DNA of 64,000 bases. Source: an uncultured Nitrospinota bacterium (lineage in GTDB: Bacteria > Tectomicrobia > Entotheonellia > J063 > CAVPRW01). Made by a program: the position numbers and the translations under genes. The notes beneath the pieces were generated by a model that was given only the letters and a program-made list of their open reading frames with translations, was not told where the DNA came from and made no database searches. Below, one piece after another: positions 1-11,502 of this stretch. The stretch covers positions 1 to 64,000 of the forward strand of contig CAVPRW010000001.1 in NCBI GenBank assembly GCA_963707985.1, read 5' to 3'. Every line of letters begins with the position of its first letter. The first letter of the stretch is position 1.

Positions 1-69
1 TAAAGATGCGGACAAACGATTGATGTACTTGCCTCACCGTGAGATGGACAGCCGTAAGCCTGGGATTTA

Positions 70-438
70 TTGAGGGGAGGCATCATGGGAGTTGTGACAC
101 TATTTGGCTTTTCCTGCCTTGCGTTTGGAATTATCATGCTCAAGCTGCATTTTATCCATCAACGGTTAGATAATATCATGGAATACATCGCTAGCTACGA
201 AAAACGATACATGTTCTATAGAGACATGGATAACAGAGAAAGGGAGACAGCGGAGAACCAAAGCAAGCATGATATTTCATGGTTGACTACGAACATTTTA
301 TTCAAGCCCGACTGGAAAGTTGCTAGAGGCAAACAAATAGTTGACGTTAAGAGCGAAATTATTGCTGGGTTCAATCGCACCATTGAGAGGATCGACTCAA
401 GCATGAAAGCCAAGAATTTCACGGAGACAAAGAAGTGA
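70..438 (+). CDS. hypothetical protein with N-terminal hydrophobic segment
   Basis: 122-aa ORF, AT-richer than surroundings; no recognised motif. Confidence 0.4.
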   Translation: MRGGIMGVVTLFGFSCLAFGIIMLKLHFIHQRLDNIMEYIASYEKRYMFYRDMDNRERETAENQSKHDISWLTTNILFKPDWKVARGKQIVDVKSEIIAGFNRTIERIDSSMKAKNFTETKK

Positions 439-545
439 TACCAGTCCAACGCTGTAAATTGACTCCAGTGGGTTTCTTGATTGCCTGGCCTCCACAAAAA
501 AAAGCGCCCCACACCAGTTGCCTGGCATTGGGCTTGTGGACGGAA

Positions 546-1154
546 CTACCGCACATGAAACGGCGGCGTAAACGCATCTCTTAGGTTAATGATTGGCACG
601 GCGGGCCTGCCTTTGCCGTTCCCAGGCACCGACGACCCGCTTGTAGACTGACACGGTGTTTCCTCGCCTGTTTTCAGGTATTTAAGCACGTCACCCTGCA
701 CCTCAGGCTCATAGGGATTTGCGACGTACAGAGTTTTTGGTGCCCCCTGGATAACCGTGTTATACATCAGTCCACCAGACTGAACATAGACTTGGCCGCT
801 CCATGAGGAGTCAGTGTAGTACGCGATTGACGTTCCAAAGAAATGGGAGTCTGTCGCAAACAATGGAAACGAGAAGCCATCAACATCGAACACGAAGCCT
901 ACCGCTGTGATACCAAGACCGCTGTATGGAAACCCCTGTAGCACGCCTACCTTTTTGTTGTTCGCGTCGTACAGCATGGCGACGGCTTTATAGCCTAACC
1001 CCTCGGCTTCGGCTGCCCATCCATTCCACCACGACACAGACGCCAACACAAACATACACATCACGATAACCAGCGACAAATCGATATCGCGCCGACTCAT
1101 GCGGTTCTGCTCGTAGTCTTTAATCCATCGTTCGAGTTTATCCTGCTTTCGCAT
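546..1154 (-). CDS. hypothetical exported/membrane-anchored protein
   Basis: 202-aa ORF with AGGAG RBS and hydrophobic stretch LSLVIVMCMFVLASVSWW. Confidence 0.45.
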   Translation of the reverse strand: MRKQDKLERWIKDYEQNRMSRRDIDLSLVIVMCMFVLASVSWWNGWAAEAEGLGYKAVAMLYDANNKKVGVLQGFPYSGLGITAVGFVFDVDGFSFPLFATDSHFFGTSIAYYTDSSWSGQVYVQSGGLMYNTVIQGAPKTLYVANPYEPEVQGDVLKYLKTGEETPCQSTSGSSVPGNGKGRPAVPIINLRDAFTPPFHVR

Positions 1155-1482
1155 ATTATCTCCTTGCAGCTATAAAATCGCTCTCTCGGTTACACTGAAC
1201 GAGCCAACCGCCAAAAACACTAAGGAAACACTAGCTTAACTGCACAATCCCATGAAAAGCCGAACACTCTTACACAGATTGAAACCGTGCATTTCTAGGG
1301 TGCACCTAGCGCGCCTGTCTGAGATTTTGCCGCCACATCTGCTCGTATTGCCAGCGATTCATGCCGCTCTCTGCCTCACAGAGCTCAATCCACTGCGCGG
1401 CACATCTCAAAATTCACTCAGGACAAAGAGAATTGCACGCCACCCCAGGTTCATTACCCATGAAAGCGCTAGATTTACGATA

Positions 1483-2516
1483 GGCTCATGTTGGATTCCA
1501 GGGTCGTGGAGCGGTACACTATAACCCTACTTTTTCCAGCCCCCCATAGGAGTCCAACAGATGCAGGTACACATCAAGAACTTGGTAGATGATGCCCAAT
1601 GTGACGATACGGTGCGCGAGTTGCGCTGGCCAGAAGGAAGACAGTGTCCATGTTGTGATTCCAAGCGAGTGATCAAACGGGGGTTCGATGACCAAGAGCC
1701 TGCCCGACAGCGTTATGAGTGTAGAGCTTGTGAAAAACGTTTCGACGACCTGACGGACACCATCTTCGCGGGGCATCATCAACCGCTGAAAGTCTGGATA
1801 TGGTGTCTGTATTTCATGGGATTGAATTTGTCGAATGAGCAAATTGCCGAGGAACTGGAGTTGGATCGCAGCGAGGTGCAAGAGATGACCACGCAACTGC
1901 GTGAAGGCATCGTAAAAAAAAGCCCGACATAACGTTATCTGAAGCGGTGGAGTGCGACGAAGTCTACATTGTGGCAGGCCACAAAGGCCATCCTGTGGCC
2001 GTGGCGGCGTAGGGACGAGAAGGTCGTAGGAATCGGCTGCAAGGCGCACGGGGCCGAGGCACATTGGCGAAAGAGAAGCCGCCCGTGTTCGGGATGTTGC
2101 AGCGGTGTGGTCAGGTGGTCATTCATAGGCTAGAAAACGTTCAACAAGTGACCATCGAACCGTTGATAAAGCACAACAGTTGTACCTGGCACACTGATCT
2201 ATACGGATGATGATCACATCTATGGACGACTCTGTGCATGGGGATATGAGCATAAGAGTGTGAATCACGGGATTGGAGAGTATGCCAGAGATGACGATCG
2301 AGACGGTTTTTGTGAAGTCCATGTGAATACGAGGGAAGGCTTCTGGTCGCTGTTGCGAAGCTGGCTTCGACCCCACCGTGGTATTTCACAGGAGAAACTC
2401 CCTGTCTATCTTGGTTTCTTCGAGTTTATCCATAATGTTGGGAGGCGAGGTAAAGCCTTGCTTCAGTCACTGATTGAGTTGCTGGTCAAATAAGACCCTG
2501 AAACGCAACATGAGCC
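1483..2516 (+). mobile_element. IS1595-family insertion sequence (degenerate)
   Basis: Imperfect terminal inverted repeats GGCTCATGTTGGATTCCAGGGTC (1483) / GACCCTGAAACGCAACATGAGCC (to 2516) flanking the transposase. Confidence 0.85.
1561..2493 (+). pseudogene. IS1595-family transposase, split by frameshift and stops
   Basis: RWPEG-CPCC zinc ribbon, C..CEKRFDDLT, VECDEVY, VNH..GEYARD, HVNT.EGFWSLLR motifs spread over several frames. Confidence 0.85.
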
Positions 2517-3136
2517 AATACGTATTTGACGAGATTACGGTTTTATCGGGTGAGTTTGCAAAAGTTTGTTCGGAAAGGTTCAGAGGTATTGGTGTGTTCG
2601 ATGGCTTGACGAGCGCTTCTACAGGCTGACACTATAGTAACCACTTTGTCACACCACAAGGCAGCAGTCAAGGTCGTGTCGCCCCGCATACTTTGCTCAT
2701 CACTGCCAGCGATCAATCATGAAGCGGCCTTCCTGCGGTGACTTGCCACCTGGCGATAAAGCCTAAAAGCTTGAGGTATCAAAACAGGAGTCGTGGTAAT
2801 ATGCGGATAATTGGGGGCATATACGGCTCTCATGGGAAGCGAGATGGACAGCCTGCGTTGGTTCGTGAGGAATGTGATGTGGTGAATTTTCCATATAATC
2901 AAGAGTCAAGCCGCCTGCGGCGGCTTAATGGGGCCAGCACCTCGGGAGTGTGCGCCTCGAGGGCAGGAGAACAACCACGGCCACTCTCCTCAGCAGAGAC
3001 CCTTGCCCCAGCATGGTGGGGGAGTGTCCAACGTCGTCTGCAAGCGTCAGCGGTTCTTCTTTCATCAGCCTTTGGGAGTGCCACGGGATGTGGTGGCGAG
3101 TCACATCGAGTCATCTCAGCCACAGGAGGGGGTTGT

Positions 3137-3521
3137 ATGCCGGCACGAAACCCTGAAGAGTTGGATCGCTTGTTCTCAGAACGCCTTGAACTCCGGCAAT
3201 CTGGATGCGCTCGTGGCGCTGTACGAACCACACGCGACCTTGACTCCGGAACCCGGCCAAGTCGTCACTGGGACCCAGGCCATTCGGGAGGCCTTAAGCG
3301 CTTTTGTGGCCATCAAGCCGACGATCACGTTAGAAGTCAAGACGCTCGCCCAGACAGGGGACCTGGCCCTCACCTCTGCCAAGTGGGTCCTGTCAGGGAC
3401 AGGACCTGACGGCGACCACACGACGATGAGCGGCCACAGCGTCGAAGTGTCACGGCGGCAGCCAGATGGGAGTTGGCTATTCGTGATCGATACCCCCTGG
3501 GGCCTTGGGTGGGACGCCTAA
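3137..3521 (+). CDS. YybH/SnoaL-like (NTF2-fold) protein, one frameshift near 3180; cassette-like
   Basis: GGAGG RBS + MPARNPEELDRLF, then shifts frame to ALNSGNLDALVALYEP...EVSRRQPDGSWLFVIDTPWG. Confidence 0.75.
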
Positions 3522-3578
3522 GGCCCCAAGCGTGCCGGCCAGTGTTCAGGTGTTCTGCTCTCTTCACAGCACCGGAGC

Positions 3579-3675
3579 TCCTCACAACCTCGTGGAGCGG
3601 ACGGCCCACAGCGCGGGCTCTGGGCGCATTCGTCGCTCCTGACCGGTGGTCCGCCGCTCACCGGCAGCGGGAGGC
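3579..3675 (+). other. degenerate attC site
   Basis: TCCTCAC...GAGCGGAC...CCGCCGCTCA...GGGAGGC; attC-type inverted arms with eroded RYYYAAC/GTTRRRY cores. Confidence 0.55.
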
Positions 3676-3805
3676 GGTATTGATCGCTGCCTGAAACGGT
3701 TCCCTTGTTGGTATGCTATGGGGGTGAAGGAGCCTATCGAATGTAGAGGCAGTTTTGCAACCTCGATTTTCTTCAGCCTCCGGAAAGCCAGCAAGGAGCA
3801 CGAAT

Positions 3806-4228
3806 ATGTCAGCCATCAGCGTTGAGGAGGCAGAGCAGCTGTTGCACAGCCACTTCGCTCCGTGGGTGTTGGCATTGAATCTGACGGTGCGTGAGACCAC
3901 CGCGGAGTCGGCGACGCTGTGCATGCCTTTCGACGAGAAGCTGCATCGCACGGGCGGGATCGTCTCGGGCCAGGCGCTGATGGCGTTGGCCGACACGGCG
4001 ATGGTCCTTGCGCTGTGCTCGGCCTTAGGCGCGTTCCGCCCGGTGGCCACGGTCGACATGACGACCACCTTCATGAGGCCTGCCACCAATGCCGCCATCG
4101 TTGCTGAGGCGACGGTATTGCGCCTGGGACGCACGATGGGCTTCTGTCAAGTGCGCTTGCTGACGGACACGATGGAGCGGCAATTGGTGGCGAATGGAGT
4201 CGGCAGCTACAGCCTCCCACCGGGATGA
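3806..4228 (+). CDS. PaaI-family thioesterase (hotdog fold)
   Basis: GGIVSGQALMALADTAM and TVDMTTTFMRP motifs; AGGAG RBS. Confidence 0.85.
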   Translation: MSAISVEEAEQLLHSHFAPWVLALNLTVRETTAESATLCMPFDEKLHRTGGIVSGQALMALADTAMVLALCSALGAFRPVATVDMTTTFMRPATNAAIVAEATVLRLGRTMGFCQVRLLTDTMERQLVANGVGSYSLPPG

Positions 4229-4368
4229 AGTCGCTGATCCACCAGACGGAGTCACCGAAAGCTCCACCGATGAGAGATACGCGTGTCCGCCGATGTCAGT
4301 CGTGCCGTGGCCCCAAGACCGGTAGGCGGAACAAGGCCTACAGGGGCACGACGCCGTGCCGACACCAC

Positions 4369-4456
4369 ACCTCACGAAGGCCTGCAAGCGACGGCGGCCA
4401 GCGTCCGTGCCTCCGCAGCTCCCGCTGCCGGCAGCGCCTGATGCCCGGCGTCAGAC
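4369..4456 (+). other. degenerate attC site
   Basis: ACCTCAC...CAAGCGAC...CAGCGTCCG...GCGCCTGA...GTCAGAC; interior resembles main-array attCs at 35134 and 50788. Confidence 0.65.
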
Positions 4457-4490
4457 AGATCTAGCGAGACATCATCCAGGAGACATTGCC

Positions 4491-5339
4491 ATGACCAATG
4501 GAACGGTGAATGTCGACGGCTGCGAACTCACGTACGTGCGCGAGGGCCACGGCCCCGTAATGTTTGTCATCGGGTCAGCAAGCCACTACCAGAAAGCATT
4601 TTCGCACCGACTGCGTCAGCATTTCGATCTGATTTTTGCCGATGCACGCCACGTCGTGCCAAGCTACGCCCCAGCGTCAGATGCCCTGCAACGCGTCACG
4701 CTGGACACGTTTGCGGACGATGTCGAGGCCATGCGGCAGCATATAGGGGTCGACCGCATGGCGGTGCTCGGTCATTCCGTCCATGCCCAGATTGCTCTCG
4801 CGTACGCGCGGAAGTATGCGCATCGAACGTCCCACCTCATCCTCATTGGCGGAGTTCCCTATGCATTTGCGGAGTTTGCCGAGGAGGCCGATCGCTTTTG
4901 GCAGGAGCATGCCTCGCCTGCACGCAAGGCGATCCTCGAGACAAATGTCAAAGATCTGGATGCCCGCCTTGCGACTGCGCCTGCCACGCGGAGCTTCGCG
5001 GTGACCTATCGCGCGCACGGACCTCTGTACTGGGCCGATCCAGCGTACGATGCAGCTCCGTTCCTTGAAGGACTTGAGAACGGCCCAGCTTTCGACCGGC
5101 TCTTCGCAGTGATCCCATCGCGTGCCGAAGTTCGGCGGACACTTGAACACGTGCGTGTGCCGAGTCTGCTGGTGCTCGGCCGCTTGGATTTCGCCATTCC
5201 GTACACGGTTTGGGAAGCATTAATTGCTGGCCTCAATTACTTCACATACATCCTGTTGCAGGAGGACAGCCACAATCCACACGCTGAGTCGCCGGAGCGT
5301 TTCGATACGGAGCTGGTCGCGTGGCTCGACGCCAATTGA
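4491..5339 (+). CDS. alpha/beta hydrolase
   Basis: VLGHSVH nucleophile elbow and C-terminal SHNPHAESPERF; AGGAG RBS. Confidence 0.85.
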   Translation: MTNGTVNVDGCELTYVREGHGPVMFVIGSASHYQKAFSHRLRQHFDLIFADARHVVPSYAPASDALQRVTLDTFADDVEAMRQHIGVDRMAVLGHSVHAQIALAYARKYAHRTSHLILIGGVPYAFAEFAEEADRFWQEHASPARKAILETNVKDLDARLATAPATRSFAVTYRAHGPLYWADPAYDAAPFLEGLENGPAFDRLFAVIPSRAEVRRTLEHVRVPSLLVLGRLDFAIPYTVWEALIAGLNYFTYILLQEDSHNPHAESPERFDTELVAWLDAN

Positions 5340-5355
5340 GAGCACGTCCCGGACC

Positions 5356-5443
5356 GTCTAACCTCGCAGTGGAGCCGACGCGCAATAGCCTTCGCCCCTG
5401 CATTGCTACGGCTATTGCGCGCGGCTCATCGTGGGCGTTCGGC
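5356..5443 (+). other. attC site
   Basis: GTCTAAC...GAGCCGACGCGCAATAGCC / GGCTATTGCGCGCGGCTCA...GTTCGGC. Confidence 0.85.
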
Positions 5444-5719
5444 TGCGCTACTGCATATTTGCGGGATCTTCGCTGAGTTTGAAGATAAACGTGAGGGAGT
5501 TACTGGAGATACCTTAGCCGGCCTCCAACCTGAGGCACCGCCCGAAGCGTAGCTCCTCTTCCGACACGGTACAGCACAGGGCGAGTTGGGCGCGAGCATC
5601 TTGTGGGTCAACATCGAGACGAGCTTCGCCGACACGGAAGATTTGATCATCGGCTGGCAGACGCGCCGTGACCTGCAGCGGCGTGTCACATACACCACTC
5701 AACTGCTGTCGCCCCCAGG

Positions 5720-5800
5720 CTCCGCATACGGCCCGTCGTTCATCACGGTGATTGAGTCCGCCCACCTCGGGCACGGCAATTACCCTCCCACGATCAAGAC
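5720..5800 (-). pseudogene. integrase-core-type transposase C-terminal remnant
   Basis: GRVIAVPEVGGLNHRDERRA resembles the typical GGLHHRYERRAA terminus. Confidence 0.5.
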
Positions 5801-6310
5801 GCACGAAAGAATTTGCAAACGTCTCCCCCACTTTTTACGTCCCCTTAACGCGAAATTAATGAGCCCTCCTTATCCTTGAAAGCGGGTTTTCCCCGCCGAT
5901 GCGGTTCGGTCGCATAGGTGCATCGTTGGGGCAAAATTCGACAATCGGGTAGCGGAACGTCAATGACTGACGAGCCGCAAAAACCTCTGATAGAGCACCT
6001 ACAGAGAACCCGTGCGAGCACTCTTCCCCAAAAAGTGACATGCGCACCTACATACGTGAGCGTGTGGAAATGACCTTGACTGTCGTGCTTCGGCTGTGAG
6101 GAATCGACAACGGTGGCTCGTGCGAAACCATGAGCGTGGCAAGCGCAGCGCCGCAGGCCATTTCTCCACACCATGGTTTGCGCACCCAGCAAGATGGAGC
6201 GTTGGAGGGACGTCCGTGTCCTCCAACACCACGGATTATCTCGTTGTGATGATTGAAGATGGAGCTGATTGCTGTCACTGAATGCCAACCTCGCCAACGG
6301 AGGAACTCTC

Positions 6311-7631
6311 ATGCGACTGATTCAGCCTACCCTGACGTTCCTGGCTGCCATGATAGCGCTGTTCGCGCTCGGCCTGACCGCGCATGCGGCTCAAAGCACG
6401 GTGCAGCTCGGTCCTCGTCCGTTCTACCTGGTCGACCAGCTGGAAGAAGGCGAGCTCAAGAACAAACTTGCGGCATGCGTTGCGAGCATAAGGAGGTATA
6501 GGCATCATGACTTCTCGATCGGGCACCGTGGGGCAGGCCTGCAGTTCCCAGAGCACACCAAGGAGTCCTATGAAGCGGCCCATCGGATGGGGGCGGGCAT
6601 CATCGAATGTGACGTGACCTTCACCAAGGACGGGGAACTTGTCTGCCGCCACGCTCAATGCGACTTGCACACCACTACGAATATCCTCGCCACGGCCCTC
6701 GCCGCGGCATGCCGAGTCCCTTTCACCCCTGCCACAGTTCGACGCGAACGGCAATCGAGTGACGGCTGCCACGGCGCGCTGCTGTACCACCGATCTCACC
6801 TTAGCTGAGTTCAAGAGCCTCAAGGGGAAGATGGACGCGTCCGACCCGAACGCCCTCACCGTGGAAGAGTTCCTCGGCGGCACGCCGAGTTTCCGCACGG
6901 ACCTCTATGCCACCGGCGCCACGCTGCTCAGCCATCGGGAGAGCATCGCACTGATCGGCAGCATGGGTGCGAAGTTCACGCCCGAGCTTAAAGGTGTCGA
7001 CCGCGATAGCCAGGGGAACCCACTTGTGCAGGAAAACAATGGGTTCGGCGACTCCGGCCTGGACCAGCAGAGCTACGGGCACAAGATGATTCAGGAGTAT
7101 CTTGACGCGAACATTGACCCGGCCAAGGTCTTTCCGCAGTCGTTCAGCCTCGCCGACGTGCTCCAGTGGATTCAGGAGTTTCCGACGTTCGGCCTGCAGG
7201 CCGTGTACCTCATCAGCGAGAATCCGCAGGACCCACTTGCCGGTCCGGTAAACGTCATCAGTGAGCAGCCGCCGACATTGGAGGCGTTCGTCGCAGTCCG
7301 GAACCAGGGGGTCAACATTGTGGCGCCTCCCATGCCCGTTCTTTTGACGACCAGTGCGAACGGCAAACACATTAAGCCTTCCCTGTATGCGGAACGCGCC
7401 AGACAGGCGGGCTTCGACCTCATTTCCTGGACGACGGAGCGCTCTGGTCGAATCGTTGAGAACGTGCTGGAAGGCGGCGATACCTTCTACTACCAGACCA
7501 CGCTCGACGCCCTGAGCAACGATGGCGATATCCTGCGCACCATTGACGTGCTCGCCCAGGATGTCGGCATCATCGGTCTGTTCTCGGACTGGCCGGCCAC
7601 GACCACCTTCTATGCCAACTGCCTGAAATAA
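6311..7631 (+). CDS. secreted glycerophosphodiester phosphodiesterase (one frameshift near 6730)
   Basis: Signal peptide, [39 protein letters not shown]; ORFs 6269-6808 and 6639-7631 join. Confidence 0.9.
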
Positions 7632-7748
7632 TCGTCCCGCCCCTGGGACGCAACGAAGCCGCGGCTGCGGTGAGTAGCCGCGGCCATGCCAGCGCGAGCG
7701 GCACACCGCCAAGTACACTACCGTCCAGCTGCCTGGAGGATTCTCGTC

Positions 7749-10295
7749 ATGAGCGACCTGACCCGAAGGGAATTCCTGAAGTTCATCGGCGCCTCCGGCG
7801 CGATCGCCTCCATGGGCTCTCTCGCCACGCTGCGCGAGGCGCAGGCGTCCGGCTTGTGGTTCACGCCGGTGCGCATCCCGAGCCCGCTGCCGATCTACAC
7901 GACCAGCGCGAGCTGGCTCGCGAGCGGCGTGAACGGCGCCGGGGAGCAGCGTGCCGGCCAGTCCCGACGGCCGAGCTCACCGACGTACGAGGTCATCGAC
8001 GATGTGATCGTGCCGCCCGAGTACGAGCGTTACATCATCGTGCAGTGGGGCGACCGCGTCTATCCGAGCGCGGACGACTACTTCGGGTTCAACAACGACC
8101 ACACCGGCTACGTCCCGATCCGAGGGTGAATGACGGTTTCCTGGTGGTCAATCACGAGTACACGTCGTACCCGTTCCACCAGCTCTCGTCCGGCCACCAA
8201 CACCGGCTTCGGAAACGCCGATCCCGGACCGCGGCGAACCGGACGTTCGAGGCCGCGACAGGCCTGATGCTGCCGAGCGAAGCCAACATCTTCGACCTGA
8301 CGCCCGATGAGAAACGGCAGCTCTACGGGGAGCAGTGCTACAATATGGGCCTGTCGGTGCTCCGCGTGAGGCGCAAGCACTTCCGAGGCGAGCTCGACGT
8401 GGTCTCGGGCGACTGGCACAACCGCCGCGTGCACCTGCTCTCGGGGCTCGGCGGTGAACCAGGACCGCACCGACGGGTACCAGAACATGATCAGTTGGGG
8501 CCCGACACGCGCATGAAACAGGGCGACGACAATTACCTGGTCGGCACCGGCCCGGCCGCCACAGCAGGTGTTCAACCTCAGCTCGGACGGCCTCGGCAAC
8601 AAGATCATCGGCACCGGCTTCAACTGCTCCGGCGGCGTCACGCCTTGGGGCACGGTCTTCGCGGCCGAGGAGAATTTCCAGGGCAGCGTCGCGCGATTCA
8701 CCTCGACGGATCCCAACGCGGACAAGATCAACCTCGCCAGCTCGTTCTACATCGGCGTCCAGGAGGAAGTGAAGCCCGACGGGACGCAGCTCGACTATAT
8801 CGCGGACACGACCGGTCGCCGAGTTCGGCAGGTCGGCGAGAAGTACGGATGGCTGGTGGAGATCGACCCGCGCCAATCCGCAGCGCCCGGGCGAAGAAGC
8901 ACACCGCGCTCGGCCGCTTCCGCCACGAGAACATCGCCATCCGCGCTGAGCGCGGCAACCACCTCATCGCGTACATGGGTGACGACCGCCGCGGCGGCCA
9001 CTGGTGGAAGTTCGTGTCGAAGGGCACCATCAAGCATCGGAAGGACCAAGTCCAACAGCACACTGTTCGAGGAGGGCACGCTTCACGTCGCGCGCTTCAA
9101 CGCGGACGGCACGGGCCAGTGGATTCCGCTCCTGCTCAGCACACCGACCAATCCGAATCGCCCGTCCGATCTCGTCTCCAGGCAGACCAGCGCTGCAGCA
9201 CCCCCGTACGTCAGCGGGACCGACGGCGACCGCAACGGACTCAACCGGCTGCCGCGCCGGAAAGATGTGGCCGGGCAAGCGATCGACGGCGGGTTCTTCG
9301 GTTGCACGACGCTGAACGAGGCTGACGGCGTTCGTGGCGTACCCTGCTGGCTATCTGGGCACCACGCTCGCGAGCTTCTACACCTCTCAGGGCGCGCTGC
9401 TCTGCGACGCGTTCGCGGCCGGCAATCTCGTCGGCGGCACGCCCTGTGCGCGGCCGGAGGACTGCGAGGTGCATCCCTACACCAAGGCGGTGTACCTCGT
9501 CACTCACCGACGCCGCCGCCGGAAGCGACGGCTATGCCGACTCGCGGATTTTCACGGTCGCGAAGTACAGCGCCGACCGTCAATGCGGCGCAGCAGAGCG
9601 GCGAGATTCTCCGGCTCGATGAGGACTCGGAAGACGGCACCGGGACGACGTTCACCTGGAGCCGCTTCTCAAAGGCGGGGGAAGTGGGAACCCTGCCGGA
9701 CGGCACCGCTCAGCCGGCGCCCGGCATGGGCTACGCCAACGTCGACAATCTGGCGTTCGACGTGCTGGCGAACCTGTGGGGCGTGACCGACATGACGACC
9801 AGCATACACAACGCGGTCGGCGACGGGCCGAGCCCGAGCGCCCTTGCCGTGAACCACAGCGGCGTCGGTTCGGGCGGCGGACGCCGGCGGCAACCTGGTC
9901 GGGGTGTTCGGCAACAACTGGATGTTCTTCATCCCCACCTTCGGCCCGCTTCGCGGGGGTGCTCTTCCCGTTCGCGATCGGCCCGACGCGCTGCGAGATG
10001 ACCGGGCCGACCTTCGTCGGCAATACGCTCGTGTTGTCGGTGCAGCACCCGGGCGAGGACAGCCCAACCCGGGCGGCGCTCGCCGCCAACCCGACGTTCA
10101 CCCGCCGGACCTCGACATTCTGACCTTGGACGGAAGCGGCGTGCTCGTCACTCAGGATCGGCACCGTTCCAGTGGGCAGCCAATGGCCCGGGCAACATCG
10201 CCAAGAATCCGACCGACATCGCCCGGCCGGCGGTGATCGGCATCCAGCGGAAACAACGGTCATGGCGCGAGCACTGGGAGCACGACGACGACTGA
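7749..10295 (+). CDS. phoX: PhoX-family (DUF839) alkaline phosphatase, Tat-exported, many frameshifts; 3' end approximate
   Basis: TRREFLK Tat motif, FGFNND, VNHEY, NCSGGVTPWGT..AEEN, LGRFRHE, RPED, NVDNL, EMTGPTF, SVQHPGE across frames. Confidence 0.85.
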
Positions 10296-10379
10296 CGGAC
10301 GCGGCCGCGAACCGCCTTCCTGTGCTCCGCAAATATTGTATACCGTCGTCTCGCCACGCCGCTGCTTTGGCATGTGGTG

Positions 10380-10600
10380 CCGGGGTTCTTGCGATGGCAC
10401 CGGCAATGCTAGATGTAGCGGCGGGATCCCTGGCTCCAAGGCCATGTGAGGACGACCTTTGTTATAATACGCCGCACACTCGTGCAGCAGACGTCGCAGG
10501 TGGTTTTCGGTCAGAGCCATCACGAAATCCGGTTATTCCCGCCGCAACGTGCCAATAAGCCGCTCGCAGAGGGCGTTCGCCAAGGGACTCTGCGGCGGCG
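10380..10600 (-). pseudogene. integrase-core transposase remnant
   Basis: ENHLRRLLHECAAYYNKGRPHMALEPGIP. Confidence 0.6.
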
Positions 10601-10672
10601 TTTGCGGGACACAGCATGCTGCGGCACACTCTTTCGACCATTCGGTCTCAAGCGGTACACGACCCCTTTGCC

Positions 10673-10709
10673 TTGACAATGGGGATTGCGGTATTTATAT
10701 TACATATAA
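10673..10709 (+). promoter_or_regulatory. sigma70 promoter with overlapping palindromic operator
   Basis: TTGACA(10673)-17 bp-TATATT(10696), overlapped by TTACATATAA (10700-10709). Confidence 0.65.
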
Positions 10710-10740
10710 GTAAATGACATGGCAATCAATCGAGGGATCA

Positions 10741-11163
10741 ATGGCGAAGTTGGACCAACATATCTGTTTTCTCGTGGACGTCGCAGCACGACGGATCACG
10801 AAGTTCTATAATCGGCGGCTGAGACGGTTCGGGATCACCTATAACCATCTCTTCATTCTGACCTGCCTGTGGGAACAGGAAGGTGTGAATGTGAAAGATC
10901 TCGCGAAACAGCTCTGTCTCGACAGCTCATCCCTCACTGGGCACCTCGATCGCATGGAGCGGGTGGCGTTGGTGGTTCGGCGGGATGACCTTGACGATCG
11001 GCGGGCCGTGCGGGTTTTCCTCACAGCGAAGGGCCGGCACCTCAAGGCACAGCTGGAGCCGATCGGCCAGGAGCTGAAGGAGACCCTCCAGCGGGGCGTA
11101 CAGCCGGAGATGATCGAGGCCTTCGCGGCGGCCCTGCGCAACATTAGCAATAAGGTGGAGTGA
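10741..11163 (+). CDS. MarR-family transcriptional regulator
   Basis: LDSSSLTGHLDRME...DDRRAVRVFLTAKG winged-helix motif. Confidence 0.92.
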   Translation: MAKLDQHICFLVDVAARRITKFYNRRLRRFGITYNHLFILTCLWEQEGVNVKDLAKQLCLDSSSLTGHLDRMERVALVVRRDDLDDRRAVRVFLTAKGRHLKAQLEPIGQELKETLQRGVQPEMIEAFAAALRNISNKVE

Positions 11164-11182
11164 TTTTTTTTCATCACATATT

Positions 11183-11207
11183 TTACATGTAATTATTTTA
11201 TATATAA
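11183..11207. promoter_or_regulatory. two putative MarR operators
   Basis: Palindromes TTACATGTAA (11183) and TTATATATAA (11198) match the site at 10700. Confidence 0.5.
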
Positions 11208-11502
11208 TTTATTTTCGACGTCACGACTTCGCAGGAAGCGCGCGAGCCATGGCTCAGATGACACTACCTGTATAGGATGTCGGCCACACCAAGCGGCGCG
11301 AGAGGAGGTGATGGGCACGCTTCCTAGGCGAAGCGGGGGCCCCACTTCGGGAACGCGGCGTTGAGCTCCCGATGACGCCCTCGCCTGAGTGATGTGGAGA
11401 GCCGTGCCGGAAGACCTCGTGGGTCCCCGGCACGGGAACGAAGCAGTTGCCTTCACCAGGCAACCGCTGTGTCGCTCACGAGTCACACCAAAGGAGGCCA
11501 CC

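Noticed and set aside
7670..9325. 551-aa ORF and many other long overlapping or antisense ORFs in the track
   Set aside because: They are frameshift mosaics or shadow ORFs of GC-rich genes with no independent motifs.
6311..10295. Frameshifts in GDPD and PhoX (also cas6, LigB, inner RT) as programmed frameshifting or true pseudogenisation
   Set aside because: Scattered 1-nt indels with intact catalytic motifs are better explained by long-read consensus error. This cannot be settled without reads.
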